From the NCBI GenBank assembly GCA_964057225.1, contig OZ059898.1, forward strand, positions 13,578,001-13,642,000: a stretch of DNA of 64,000 bases, given 5' to 3'. Below, in pieces: positions 1-15,355 of this stretch. The DNA is from Auanema rhodensis. Lineage: Eukaryota; Animalia; Nematoda. The notes under the pieces were generated by a model. That model did not search any database and was not told the DNA's origin. It was given only the letters and a program-made list of their open reading frames with translations. The position numbers and the translations under genes were made by a program. Position 1 is the first letter of the stretch, and the number at the start of each line of letters is the position of its first letter.

Positions 1-2498
<2,498 letters not shown>

Positions 2499-2652
2499 TG
2501 TAGAACTGCTAAATGTAGAGAAATAGAATACAAGCTGTTACAATAAGTTTCGATAGAAATTTCAAAAGAAATCTATTTTCGAACTTATTATTTAAAAGTA
2601 AGATAAAATTTCATACATATATTATTTATATATGTAGTCTTGAAAACCCATC

Positions 2653-2675
2653 TTTCGCGCAATGAAATTTCCCGC
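2653..2675. promoter_or_regulatory. Pair of E2F/DP (EFL-1/DPL-1, DREAM-type) sites in the mcm-3/rps-8 bidirectional promoter
   Basis: TTTCGCGC at 2653-2660 and TTTCCCGC at 2668-2675 match the TTTSSCGC consensus, ~160 bp upstream of the MCM3 ATG. MCM genes are classic E2F targets. Confidence 0.65.
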
Positions 2676-3165
2676 CTAAATGTGTAAACATAAAAAATTC
2701 GTTGCTTTTAAATTGCAAATAGCTTAAAATTTGATCAATATAATTGGAATTTCTTATTTACTGCTTTTTCTCTCTATTTTTTTTGAAAAATTTGCATAAT
2801 ATTTAATCCTCATTTTAATAAGTGCTAATTTCATTATTTTTATTGTTGTAAAGAGAATTCTCAGGCATACCGCTGAATTTTAGAGAAACCAAAATTGGTC
2901 CCGTCGCGAGCCATCCAACTACCGTAATCTTCTCTGTCAGAAAGGTTGTGAATTTTCTCTCTGGCCTACCCTGTTATTTGTAGAAATTTCATTTTAGGTT
3001 TGCTTTTCGTATAATTGTTTAAGTTTGTTTTTTGGGATTTTGATAATCTGAAGTGCTGATTAAAACATATATTTGCGTTCTATGCCGCAGTATTCTTTTT
3101 TTGAATGTTTTATCTTAATTGATTTACTGCTAAGTAATACTTTTATTAAAAACCTTTTTTATTAG

Positions 3166-3974
3166 ATGGGTATTTCACGTGACTCTTGGCACAAGCGTTA
3201 CAAGACTGGTGCTTCTCGCCCAGTCCCACACAAGAAGAGAAAGTTCGAGCTTGGACGTCCAGCTGCCAACACCAAGGTATTCAAGTTTTTTGTGTGATGT
3301 TCTATAATCTTTTTAAAAATATAGATTGGAGGCAAGCGCGTTCACGTTGTCCGTGTTCGTGGAGGTAGCTTGAAGTTCCGTGCCCTCAGACTTGATGCCG
3401 GAAACTTCTCCTGGGCTTCTGAGAGTAATTTTCTAATGTGGATTTGCTTAATCTTGTTTTTTTTAAGAGGTCACCCGTAAGACCCGTATCGTCGATACCG
3501 TCTACAACTCCACCAACAACGAGTTGGTCCGTACCAAGACTCTCGTCAAGGGAACCATCATCACCATTGATGCTGCTCCATACAGACAATGGTATGAGTC
3601 TTACTACTCTCTTCCATTGGCCAGAAAGAAGGGTGCCAAGATCTCCGAGGAAGATCAAGCTGTTCTTAACAAGAAGAGGTTGCTATTCTCAGAACTATTA
3701 ATATAATTCTCTTAATCTTTAAGATCCAAGGAAGCTCAAGACAAGTACACCGAGCGTCAAAAGACCGCTGCTGTAGATCCACTTCTCATCGAACAATTCC
3801 AAGCTGGAAGACTTCTTGGTAAAAAGCTATAACTAAAATGATAAATAAAAATCTCCATTTTTAGCCAGAATTTCCTCCAGACCAGGACAAGTCGGACGTG
3901 CTGATGGATACATTCTTGAAGGAAAGGAATTAGAATTCTACCTGCGCAAGATCCGTGCTAAGAAAGCAAAGTAA
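3166..3974 (+). CDS. rps-8: 40S ribosomal protein S8 (eS8), spliced
   Basis: [16 protein letters not shown]...[83 protein letters not shown]; stop TAA 3972-3974. Confidence 0.98.
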
Positions 3975-4114
3975 ATACCCATGATTAATTAATTGTTATG
4001 GGTTATTGTTGCTTTTGAATAAAAATTGTTATATAACTGTTGTTTAATTTTTTTGGTTGTACGCCCATTGTTATATAAAAAAGAGACTTTTACCAAAACA
4101 CCGGGTATATAAAG

Positions 4115-5548
4115 ATGACTCGACACGGAAAAAATTGCACAGCCTCTGCAGTATACTCTTATCATGAGAGGCAAAGGGATGCTAAAGTTAGCGGTTATGG
4201 AACACTTCATGCTAGATTAGGAGCTGATTCCATTAAGGAGTTCGATTGCTGTTCTTTAACACTGCAGCCTTGCAAGTAGGTGTTTGCAAGCAATTCTCAA
4301 GGAGCCTATCCTTACAGAGATCCTGTTGTAACACCTGGTGGATATTTATTTGACCGTGAAGCTATATTGGAATATATCCTTGCTCAAAAAAAGGCTATTG
4401 CTAAAAAAACTAAAGAATGGGAGAGGCAATCTGCTTTATTGCAATCTGTTGAGCAGAAGGCAGGCTTCCTAATTATTACTATATGGACTTTTAATGGTTT
4501 AGGCGAACATTGCTGACCAAGAGGAGAAAATCAAAAAGTTTGCTGCTTCAGAGGGAACAAGCATTACTGGAACAGCATCTAATTCTTTAGTTTGTATCTT
4601 TTTTCCTATTATTTTCTATTAATTTATTTAAGAAGCGCCCAAGTTCGACATTGGTTAATGAACCAGCAGCTAAAGTAAAAGCTCATGGTGAAGAGGGAGA
4701 GATCTCTAACATGAAAGGAAACAAGAGTAGTCAACTTCCTAGTTTTTGGATACCGGAACTAAATCCTTCTGCTGAAACTACTAAACTTGAAAAACCAGTA
4801 ATTATTTAATTTGTTTTGATTTATTTTTTATTGTCTTTAGAGCCAACAAGTTTTATGCCCTCTCTCAGGTAAGCCTTTAAAAATGAAACATTTGATGGAT
4901 GTTAAGTTTACTGAAATGCCTAAGGATATCAATGAATCTTCCAATTCTAAAAAGGTTGCAACTAATCCCTTATTAGTGAAATTATAATATATTCTAGGTT
5001 CGTTACATGTGCCCTGTAACTCGCGATGCTTTAACTAACACTACTCGGTGCGCTTATATAAAGCCTTCGTAAGTTTATTTTGTATGCGTTTTGAGTAGTA
5101 CTGAATTTTCATTATAGAAAAGCAGTTGTAGCCTATACTGTTGTTGATAAATTAATCAAGAAAGATTGGATTGACCCCGTCTCTGGAAAGAAAATAACTG
5201 AAAGTGATATTGTTGAGTTACAAAGAGGAGGTTTGTTTAATTTTAATTTTATTCAGTATTCGTCATGTGTTCTGAAAACAAAATTATTTTTCTTATTAGT
5301 TGATTTGATTTGCCTAAACTCACTAAAGGATTGCCAAAAAGTTGGCAAACGCTTTGCCCTATTGCGAATAAAGTGCCCCGTTGCCAACATAAATTTTTGA
5401 AGTAGTATATTTCTAGTCCAACGTCTTGAAATATTCAAAATTATTTAAATAGTCTTTTAATACTTTTTTATTATCTATAGGCACCGGATTCGCTGCTACC
5501 AACGAAGTTAAAGCTAAACTTATTCGCCCTCAACTTGAATTACAATGA
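4115..5548 (+). CDS. NOSIP: Nitric oxide synthase-interacting protein (NOSIP; U-box/RING-like spliceosomal factor)
   Basis: MTRHGKNCTASAVYSYHER...GYGTLHARLGADSIKEFDCCSLTLQPC, DPVVTPGGYLFDREAILEYIL, LPSFWIPEL, YMCPVTRDALTN, IVELQRGGTGFAATN; stop TGA 5546-5548. Confidence 0.93.
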
Positions 5549-5722
5549 TCTCTTGAACCGCGCTGGGTGTGTTCTCCTATTTGTTTCCAATTTATTATTC
5601 GTATATATTCCACAATTAATTTTATACCTTAATTATTAATTCGTCTTGATCGAGCGTTTATCGCACGTATATCTTGTCTCACGTTGATATATCTTCGCTA
5701 ATTGTGTATATTAAGCATTGTT

Positions 5723-7134
5723 ATGGCTCTTGAAGCATTCAAAAGACCAGCAGCTCCAGAGTATGCTCTTGGTTTGTATCGTTTTTAAAGCACTTTATAA
5801 CTATTGTCTTTAGCTAAGCGAAGTAAATTTGAGGACTATGGAACTGAAAATGCCAGACTATCTAATCTTCAGGTTTGAAACAGAAGGAAGTCAAAGAGAG
5901 TGAATATATTTATGTCTTAGGCTCCCATAATGCTTTTACAAGGACATCAGGGTGAAATTTATACTTCACGCTTCAGTCCCGATAGAACCTGTATAGCATC
6001 TGCTGGATTCGACCAAACCGTAAGCATAAAATGAATTATTTGTTTGACTGTTTTTAGGTATTTTTATGGAATGTTTATGGAGATTGTGAAAACTTCTCTA
6101 CGTTTAGAGGTCATAATGGCGCTGTTATGGATTTAAACTTTAACACTGATTCAAGGTTTGAATGTAAATATAGTTTTGTCTTCAAATACAGATTTCAGTT
6201 TGTTATTCACTTGTGGTACTGACAAAACTTTACGGGTATGGGATATGGAAACAGGAGCGTGCCAAAGACGGTTTAAATCACACGACGATATTGTCAACTC
6301 TTGTCACCCAGCTCGTAGAGGACCAACTTTAGTTTGTTCAGCTAGTGATGATGGAACAGTCAAAGTTTTTTTTGCTTATCGTACTCATTTTCAAACTGTT
6401 TCTCTCAGATTCATGATGTTCGTCAAAAACACGCTATTAAAAATTATGAAAATAAATTCCAACAAACTGCTGTATCTTTCAATGACACAACTGAACTAGT
6501 ATTTTGTGCTGGGATTGATAACGATATTAAAGTGCTATTGGACATTTTACAATTTGTTAGTTATTTCTTTATCTGCAGGTATGGGATATGAGACGGGATG
6601 ACATATCTTATGTTTTACGTGGACATGGCGACACCGTTACTGGAATGTCTCTTAGTCCTAATGGAAATTTCCTTTTAACCAATTCTATGGATTGCTCATG
6701 TAAGTTTATAAAGCAGATGTTGTTATTCAATTTCATTGATCAGTGAAACAATGGGATGTTCGTCCATTCGTACAAGGAACCAACCGCTTAGTTCAAACTT
6801 TCTACGCTCATCAACATAACTTCGAAAAAGTTAGAATGTTATAATAAGTGCTGAATATTTTGCATACATTTTAGAATTTGCTCAAGTGTGCATGGTCTCC
6901 TGACAATAGACGTGTTTCTGCTGGATCCAGTGATAGATTTGTTTATGTTTGGGAAGTATCAAACAAAAAAATAATGTATAAGCTTCCTGGTCACATGGGT
7001 TCAGTCAATGCTACAGATTTCCACCCTACAGAAAATATTTGTAAGTTATAAATCATATTGAAATTACAAAATATAATATTTCAGTGTTATCCGCATCGAG
7101 CGATAAGATGATCTATCTCGGAGAAATAGCTTGA
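5723..7134 (+). CDS. SNRNP40: U5 snRNP 40 kDa WD40 protein (SNRNP40)
   Basis: SNLQAPIMLLQGHQGEIYTSRFSP, FLWNVYGDCENFSTFRGHNGAV, DKTLRVWDMETG, HNFEKNLLKCAWSPD, YKLPGHMGSVN, SASSDKMIYLGEIA*. Confidence 0.93.
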
Positions 7135-7317
7135 AGAATCTTCAGGATCTCAATCACTTTCATTTATTTATATGTTAACATTTGTGTTCTTTGTTGTCTC
7201 CGATGTAAATAAAAATAATAATACAAATAGTTTTTTTTCCCAAAAGCAGAAGGTCGATCAACCGTAGTTTTTTGTTTAGTAGTTCTGCACCTGAAATTTT
7301 AAAAGATATATAGGATT

Positions 7318-8524
7318 ATGTGTGATGTTGCATTAAGACAACTAGGCCGTATATACATCTCGCGATCTAAGTGTATATATCAAAACTTAGCTTTCGAGGA
7401 ATTTATTTTCCGTAAACATGATGTTCAAAAAGATGGAGATGTTATGATGATTTGGAGGTTGTATTCATTTGAAAGCGTGTGCTAATGAATCATTTAGTAA
7501 TAAACCATCAGTTGTGGTAGGTAGGCATCAGAACCCATGGGTTGAGGTTAATGTTCCCTATGTACGGGAGCATGGGATTGATTTGGCACGTAGACATAGT
7601 GGTGGAGGAACTGTTTATCATGATTTAGGTTTACTTAAGGTCTTTACTCTTGTTTTAATGTCAATATAGGCAATTTGAATATATCTATCCTGACCTCACA
7701 CAAGGATCATTGTAGGCCGAGAAACCTTTCATTTCTCTCCGATAGTCTGAATAAGCAATTTAACCTGAATGTACAATCAATAGAATCATATTGAAGACAA
7801 TACAAACAATTTTTTCCAGATTATTCCTAATAAACGAGATGACATGGAACTACAACCTGGTAGTAGAAAATGTTCGGGAACAGCCGCCAGAATTTCACGT
7901 GGCAAAGCTTACCATCATTTAACTCTTCTAGTTCAAGCAGATTTGGAACGTTTAAAACGAGCCTTAGCTTCTCCATATAAAGTAAAGAATTCTCTCAACA
8001 TATGGGCTATATAGAATAGTTATAAGTTCTGAAAGAGTTTAATTTGATAACTATAAAAACAAATATTAAACTTGATCAGTCGTTACACATTTTAAATTCA
8101 TATTTCCACATTTAGTTTCTTCTAAACAAAAAATTAAGAATCAATTTAGAACGCTATTAAATCTAATGCTACTGCTAGTGTGCGAGCACCCGCAGTCGGC
8201 TTCCTTAAACAAGATTGTGCTGACATTAATGTTGAAGATGTAAAGAAAACTTTAGTGACAGGTTTTGAGAAAAGATACGAGGTGACATCGGATATTTAAC
8301 TTTATGTTTAATCGAAAGTTCTGCAGACTTGTTTTTTGGCTGAAGTTGACATCGAATCAGAGATGATGGAGCATGAAGATATCGTGCAGAATTATCAAAC
8401 GCTGAGAGAATGGGATTGGGTGTTTGGAAAAACTCCGAAATTCGTCTATGATCCAGATGGCAAGGCTCAACAGATAGACAAAGGAATAATAGTTGAGTCT
8501 GGAGAAAGATTTAGTCTATTCTAG
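7318..8524 (+). CDS. LIPT1: Lipoyltransferase 1 / lipoate-protein ligase A family (mitochondrial)
   Basis: [83 protein letters not shown]; stop TAG 8522-8524. Confidence 0.9.
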
Positions 8525-8711
8525 TCACTGAATAAAGTTCTATTTAGTTAGAATGTATTTATTTATGTTCTCGATTGTAATAAAAATTTAAATGTTGTTG
8601 TTCGAATCGAGGTTATCAATGCAATCACGTAGTAGAACTCATCATGATTCAACTTAAATCACTGGATCCGTAGCTATTTTCTTACAATTTCGAATCTAAA
8701 CTAAGTATTTC

Positions 8712-9383
8712 ATGCATTTGGTGCCAGTAGTTATGATTTTTTACACTAATCTAGCATTATGTTGTATTCCCACGCAAGATATAGGCGACTCAAACTATGG
8801 AGGTATACCTTATGCCTTTGATCATTTTCACTTGGGACAAGATACAGGGATAAATATTCCTAATATAGGCAAACCAGGAATGAATGGCCGACCGTCGCAG
8901 TCAGGCAAACCAGGCAATTCGAACTCAGGTACTGTTAAAGTTTAAGTTCATTGAACATTTTTTCACAAGGCGGAGGTGAATCTGGAAAAAATCCTTGTCA
9001 AAGTCCATATAAAAATGGTTGCCTTACGAATGTTTCACGGACAACATGTGCTTCTTCTGATGAAGCGGGTGTAGAAGAAAATCCGAAAAAAATATGGAAA
9101 AAGACAAGATGGCAGTAAGTTGCATTTTGATTTCATAAAAACGTACATTTTCTAGCCTTACATGGACATGCCCTACTGGAACCTTTAGTTATATCAATGT
9201 AAGATAACGCTTGTACATTTCATACTGTAACTTTTTCAGACACCAAACGGTTTTCTTCCTGTTCCTATTCCTGAACTGCCATTGATATGTATGAGACAAA
9301 TAATTTGGGGAAATGGCCAGAACGTGTATCGTCTGGTAACCGGCGAAATTGTAACTGAACTTTCATGCATGAGCCCAATTTAA
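8712..9383 (+). CDS. Small secreted Cys-rich protein, nematode C6/DUF281-like (tentative)
   Basis: Signal peptide ending ...LALCCIPT, Gly/Pro-rich linker, then spliced exons NPCQSPYKNGCLTNVSRTTCAS.../LTWTCPTGTFSYIN/...LPLICMRQIIWG...VTELSCMSPI*; stop TAA 9381-9383. Confidence 0.6.
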
Positions 9384-11327
9384 ATGTTGAATATCAAACG
9401 CTTATATCAACATGGTTGATTTCAATCCATTTCAAAATATATATATTCTTATTCGGAAATAAAAATATGAATAAAGTGAAGTTAAAATGAATGTTTTTAT
9501 ACCTAGCCAGTTTGTACAAATATTAAAAATAACTGTTTTGTAGGGTTTATGGTACCTCCTCCCCCCCCCCCCTACATAACACTGTAGAACCGTTCATCAA
9601 GTTCATGCGAACTTTACGTGCAACTTGCTGAATCATGATTCAAATCTTTTAGTGGTTGCATTTTGCAAACTCTTCGTTTCGCACCTCTTATTTTAAGAAA
9701 GAAATTAATCGGGCTGACGCTGATGAGCAAAATCGTAAGTTAGATGGAGGAAAGCGACCTCAATCTTGATACTTAAGAAAACAAATAACCCCTTAATGTC
9801 AAATAGATATAAGACCTGCAGACAGATAGCGCGAAGTATAACAGTGATGAAGAAAGGGTCGATCGCCTGCTCACGTTCTAGGTCAGTCAATTCATTCGTG
9901 AAACTTGGCTAAGCTCCTACTTTTATAGTATCCGACAAATGTAGTAATTTCCACAAGCAGGTACTTTGTATTTATCTCAGAACATTGCTATTATCTTATT
10001 ATTCATGATGATGTACTTATGTTCATTCTCAGATTATATGCCATGGGGACCACAAGTAATGACGCAATGAACAATTTTGTAGACTGACCCCCTGTATGGA
10101 TCTTAGCCCCTCATTTTTTTGTTCTCATTGACAAGCCAAGATAGTTGCAATCTGCTGGCCTTCTATTGTTAATGACCTATCATTCAACGGCAAGAATCTC
10201 CATATGGTAAAATATAAAAACTTCCATCTCTTAAACTGACTGTTTCTTGCGCATATATTCTTTCTCCTCCTTTCTCAAATCAGCCGCCTACCATTATAAG
10301 TGCAAATTCAACATTTCCGTATTCTTTGCTATATAGCCTCGGAGCATATCACCCCCAGCACATATATCACCACCTAAGAGCATATCCCGACAAATTGGTT
10401 GAGCTCACGTAATGAATGTGCCCGAGCCGACAGTTGTTTTTTGAACTATATTTTCCCGCCACAGTTACGACCTATTAGACAATGTCGTCATCACGGGTCA
10501 GAGTTGAAGGAGGTGGAGTAGGTCGCACCCCTTATTCCCGGCACATGTTAGTTGGCGTTCTTTGGTTCTTCTTGGTAACAGTCCTGTGCACTTGTTTTCA
10601 GCGTCGTTTAGCATCTCAATACAAAAATATGAAAATAACTTATGTACCTCAAAGATAAACAATATCCCAATATTTTTGCATAATGTGTGCCACTTGCGTA
10701 GATCGTGCCATGACGTCATAATACTGTAGTCTGCTCTATTATTTCGTAATTAATATAGTCAGTTCTTGTATGTTATTGGCTTGCTATGTTTTTCGGTTTT
10801 CTTTTATAGTTTTAAAAGAAACTTAAAACTTTATCATTTGGAACTGTAGGTTTCTGTACTGTTGTGACATCTCCTTGATTTTCTTCTGAGTCATAGTGTG
10901 TCTATTCATATCAATTCTATTATGTTTTATTCATAGCTTTTTTTCGAATTGTAATTGTGGTATGGTAGAACGAACGATATTCAACGGGCAAAAACATCAA
11001 GTCATATCAATGTTCTTCCATTTCCTTTTTTACTTTTTAAGCCATCTGCTTCGTATTCCCCATTTCTCTCTATTATGCTATCATATTATGTGTGTACTTC
11101 TAAATTAAGACAATGGATTCTGAGTTCGTTGAAGTGCTCACGAATTGTTTTGCCAATTGTGGTTTGATTCTTATTCTGTGTTCTAGCATTTATTGTATTT
11201 GCTTGTCTCGGGTCATCGCCTATCTGTTGGCATAGACCTGTGTACTTATATCTTTGTCTTGAAAGAAACTTGGGTTATCTTCCTTATATATTCTCATTTT
11301 AGTGTTGCTCCTTTTTGGTAGGCAACA

Positions 11328-13194
11328 ATGTTGTCTATACCATTTCTGAACAAATTTATAAATACGGTGAAAAGGCAAGAGGTATATTTATCTCAGATTC
11401 TTCGTTTTTATAATTTGTTACATAGGTTGCCGATTCCGTCGATTATCTCAATTATTATGTTACTACTATGATGCTGGCCTTTTTCTCCTTGGCCATTTCT
11501 GCCAAGCAATACTTTGGATCTCCAATCCAATGCTGGGTTCCTAACGAATTCAGAGGTTTTTAGAAATAAAAACTTTTTTCCTTACTTTATGTTGATGTAT
11601 AGGTGGATGGGAGAAATATGCTGAAGACTATTGCTTCATCGCTAACTCGTACTATGTTCCATTCTCCGAGGAAAATATGCCTGGACATGATGAAAGACGT
11701 GATCAAATCAGTTATTACAGATGGGTTCCAATTATGCTTGCCATACAGGTATTGTGGTTTTCGAATCATATCCTTATTTCTGATCCTTTAGGCTATTTTC
11801 TTCTATCTCCCTAACTGTATTTGGAACATACTCCATCAGCAAACTGGTATGCGTTCTAGTTGTTTGCTTTATCGTACCTCTATAAATCTTCAGCTATTAA
11901 CCCAAGAGCTTTCCTTTCCGAAGCCGAAAGAATAAAGAGTATGAATGGTGATCAAAGAGAGAAAGAATTAACTGGTCTTGCCAATTATTTCATGGATACT
12001 GTATCTGTTTTCGGAACTTCCGATTACAACCGTGCTGTAAGAACTGAAGTATATGAACATTTAAATTATCAATTTTTATTTGCAGCTTAAGACAACCCCA
12101 CGAAGTGGATATAATGCTATGTATCTTTACCTTCTTGTTAAGGCTAGCTATGTCTTCAACATTTTTATGCAAATCATTTTGTTGAATCATTTCTTAGGAG
12201 AGGATTATCTTCACTGGGGCTACCAGGTAAGCTCTTTCGTTATCTTCTGTCTCTAATCCATTTCCAGGTCGCTGCCAATATCCTCCAAGGACATGAATGG
12301 GCTGAGTCCGCTGTTTTCCCACGTGTTATTATGTGTGATTTCACGGTAATTTTTCTTGATCAGATATGACATTTTGCATTTATATATACAGATTCGTCGT
12401 CTGGGAAACCAACAAAAGCATACTGTGCAATGTGTAATCATGATGAACATGATTAACGAAAAACTTTATCTTCTCCTCTATTTCTGGTTCTTGTTCTTGC
12501 TTGCTGCCACCCTTATTAACTTCTTTTACTATCTTGTTACAATGATGGTCCCAAGCCTTAGAGCCAGATTAGTTGTCATTAAGATGAACGGACAAAGAAA
12601 GGTTTGAAATGAAAACACAAAAAAAATTTATTTTATCTTTAGAAGGGTAATATGTACCGTAAGCGTGATGTAGATCGTTTTGTTGCTGAATGCTTGCACC
12701 CCGATGGAGTTCTCCTTATCCAGTTCTTGAAGGAACACGCTGGAGGACGAGTGGCCTTTGAGCTGACCAACAAACTTCTTGACTTATACACTACCCAAGA
12801 GGTAGGACCTGACTATAAAGTACGTGCTTTCGGCGGTCATACATAGCTGCCCGATTGCAGACGTAGATGTAATGTATGTGAAATCGAAACATGATACTTC
12901 TTTGTTTAGAGCTTTTCTGACGATTCGATTGAGAAGCACCCAAATTCCCCTCTCATTGAGAAGTACATGCGTCCTCCCCACTATCACTTTCCCGAGAACA
13001 AGGTAAGCTATCCTTTCAATGAGTTCATGGAAACGACAAACTATTGTCAGCAGCCCTATTATCCCAACATTGTCAACAAGGCCTTTGAGAATGCTCCCAC
13101 AATGGAAGATTTCATCGATGGTGCAACCCTTAGAGTAGGCGATCGCAAATCTTCTTCTCCCAAGGAGTCCAGAAGTAGCCCCACTGAAGTTTAA
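11328..13194 (+). CDS. Innexin (gap-junction protein)
   Basis: [18 protein letters not shown]|[42 protein letters not shown], signature [46 protein letters not shown]; stop at 13194. Confidence 0.95.
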
Positions 13195-15355
13195 GTCTTA
13201 GACCACGTTGTCTTAGCAGAGAATATACGATGTTATTTCTTATCATCAGGTTTTAGTGCGTATTCTAAGTTTTTAAATTAGTATAAAGTACGCTATCTCA
13301 TTCTGTTGGTCTCCTAATTTTAATATTAGCGTCACTTTAATATTTCGTTATAATAAGATTTTCTTCTACTTCTTCAATCTTATATCATTCATAATTTGTT
13401 CAAGCTTAAGTTTTTATTCACGCCCTGCTCTGCTCTTCATCGGAATATATTTGAGTCTCCATATCTTCTTGTTCTTTCTCTCATATGTATGTTCCAGTAT
13501 TGTATCCCTTCATACGAGTCTTTTTCGTAATGCCTTTCATATATATTTATCAATTATGAAATAAATTGTTTCTCATTACTTTGATCAATGGATTATATAT
13601 GCATGTTCGGAACCACCAACGACATTACATAATTGCATCTTTAGCATAAACCGAAGATGAAGGGAAACATGCTTGCCACCCTATTGATTTCATACTCAAA
13701 GCAGCAATGCTTATGTGGTATGCGGGTAGGTTTAGTCTTCATCAGAATACGTTTACAATTGTCTTGGATATGCTGTTCTTTCATTCTATTAATCAAATTT
13801 CGTCATCCAGTTCTAAGCCTTTTATACTTGCCACACGGCTTATCTGTTTCCTATTAATGTTTGTTTCACAATTTCAGATTGTTGCGGCTAAGTCAGTTGT
13901 TTCGATTTTTTAAATTTTCTGCCATGACCAGTCATGAAATCGATTTCTCACTCAACATTTAAAAACTTTATAGAGAGTATCTTATATATTACTATGTCTA
14001 AACTGAATGAAACGGAAAAATGCTAAGTTACTGAATTTAGTTTTTTTTTTACTCAAATTTGTTGGCTAGTTCATAACTTTCAATGGAGTTTTCTATTTAT
14101 CTTTCATCCTTCATCTTGTTCCTCAAGTTTAAATTGTTTTTTTCGCCCAACTTTCTCAGCTTATACTCTTCTTTCATAGTAAAGTGTCTGTGAGCTAAAT
14201 GCTGGTATAAAAGAGAAAGTTGTCGATAGCATTACATATTTTCTCCAGAGATTTTTGAGCTTTGAATTGAGTGTATATTCATTTACTTTCTGCATATCAA
14301 GCATTTCATTTTACTTCTGGCTGTTCATTTCTAATCACCCATATTAACAACTACATTAATGGATCTAATACTAATCTTCTATTTACTTCCGTTTAGAATT
14401 TTCTCGATATTTCGTGATTGATGTTGCAATGAAAAGTATAACTCCCATCCGGTTTCAACGAATTATCATCAAATTACACGACGTATTCCACAAAAAAACG
14501 GCATAATCATCAAAAAACTGAGAGCTATCCATTTTCGAAATTAAAAAAACGACTTTACATTCATTTCGTTCTTCATTTTTGTGAAGTTTGAATAAACTGA
14601 AAATAGAGTTCATACAACTTTAAACGTCAGCTCAAGCTTTCTTAAATTTTGTTCGCTTTCTTTTTCTCTGCTCAGACCATTAAACTCTTTTGCTATTGAA
14701 CGAAGAGCTTCAGAGCATGTTTGTACTACATAAATAGGTTTTTACATCTGTCTTTCTTGTGTACTCATACCTTATAACTATACACATATTTATCTCTTTA
14801 TTTATATAGCATTTTCAAAACTTATCTTGTTTATTTGGCCGTCATATATTGTTGCAATTCATAGCGACAATAAACAGAGATAATTGTGATTGGATTTGAT
14901 GTATCCGGTTCTATGGATTATTGATTATTTTAAAAAACGTATGAAGAACTTAACTCTTATTTCTGAAAATATATTTGCCGCTATATGTGATATTACACCT
15001 CGCCATCGAACAACCGCTCATCACCGCCTGCTCAAAAGAAATTAATGCCGAACGATTCAAACATCACGTGCCACGTAGCAGATGCGTGTTACGTGAAAAT
15101 TCGCATATTTCTTTGAGATTTGGTGAGAGAATACTTCTGCCCGATCTCTAAACTGATCTTCGTACATTCGGATGTAAATACTCCAGTTCTTCAATGCGAT
15201 CTAACCTCTCAACTGCTTAAGCGAAATATAAAAAAAATTGAGTGCGCTAATTGCATTGTTCGTTATTATTAATTGCTCAAAATTTTTTTCATTACCAAGT
15301 AGATAGTTCACATTGCAGATTTCTGTTCAAGAGCTTTTCAACGTTCACTTAAAAA

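Larger units (their letters stand above)
3166..8524 (+). other. Probable SL2 trans-spliced operon: rps-8 > NOSIP > SNRNP40 > LIPT1
   Basis: Same-strand genes with stop-to-ATG gaps of 140, 174 and 183 bp. AATAAA at ~4018 and ~7208 is followed by U-rich tracts and an AG acceptor just before the next ATG. Confidence 0.7.

Noticed and set aside
4448-4502. Apparent GC donor in NOSIP at 4460
   Set aside because: An in-phase GT donor at 4448 explains the junction equally well.
9555-9572. Poly-C tract (G-quadruplex potential on the minus strand)
   Set aside because: Short isolated homopolymer with no functional context.
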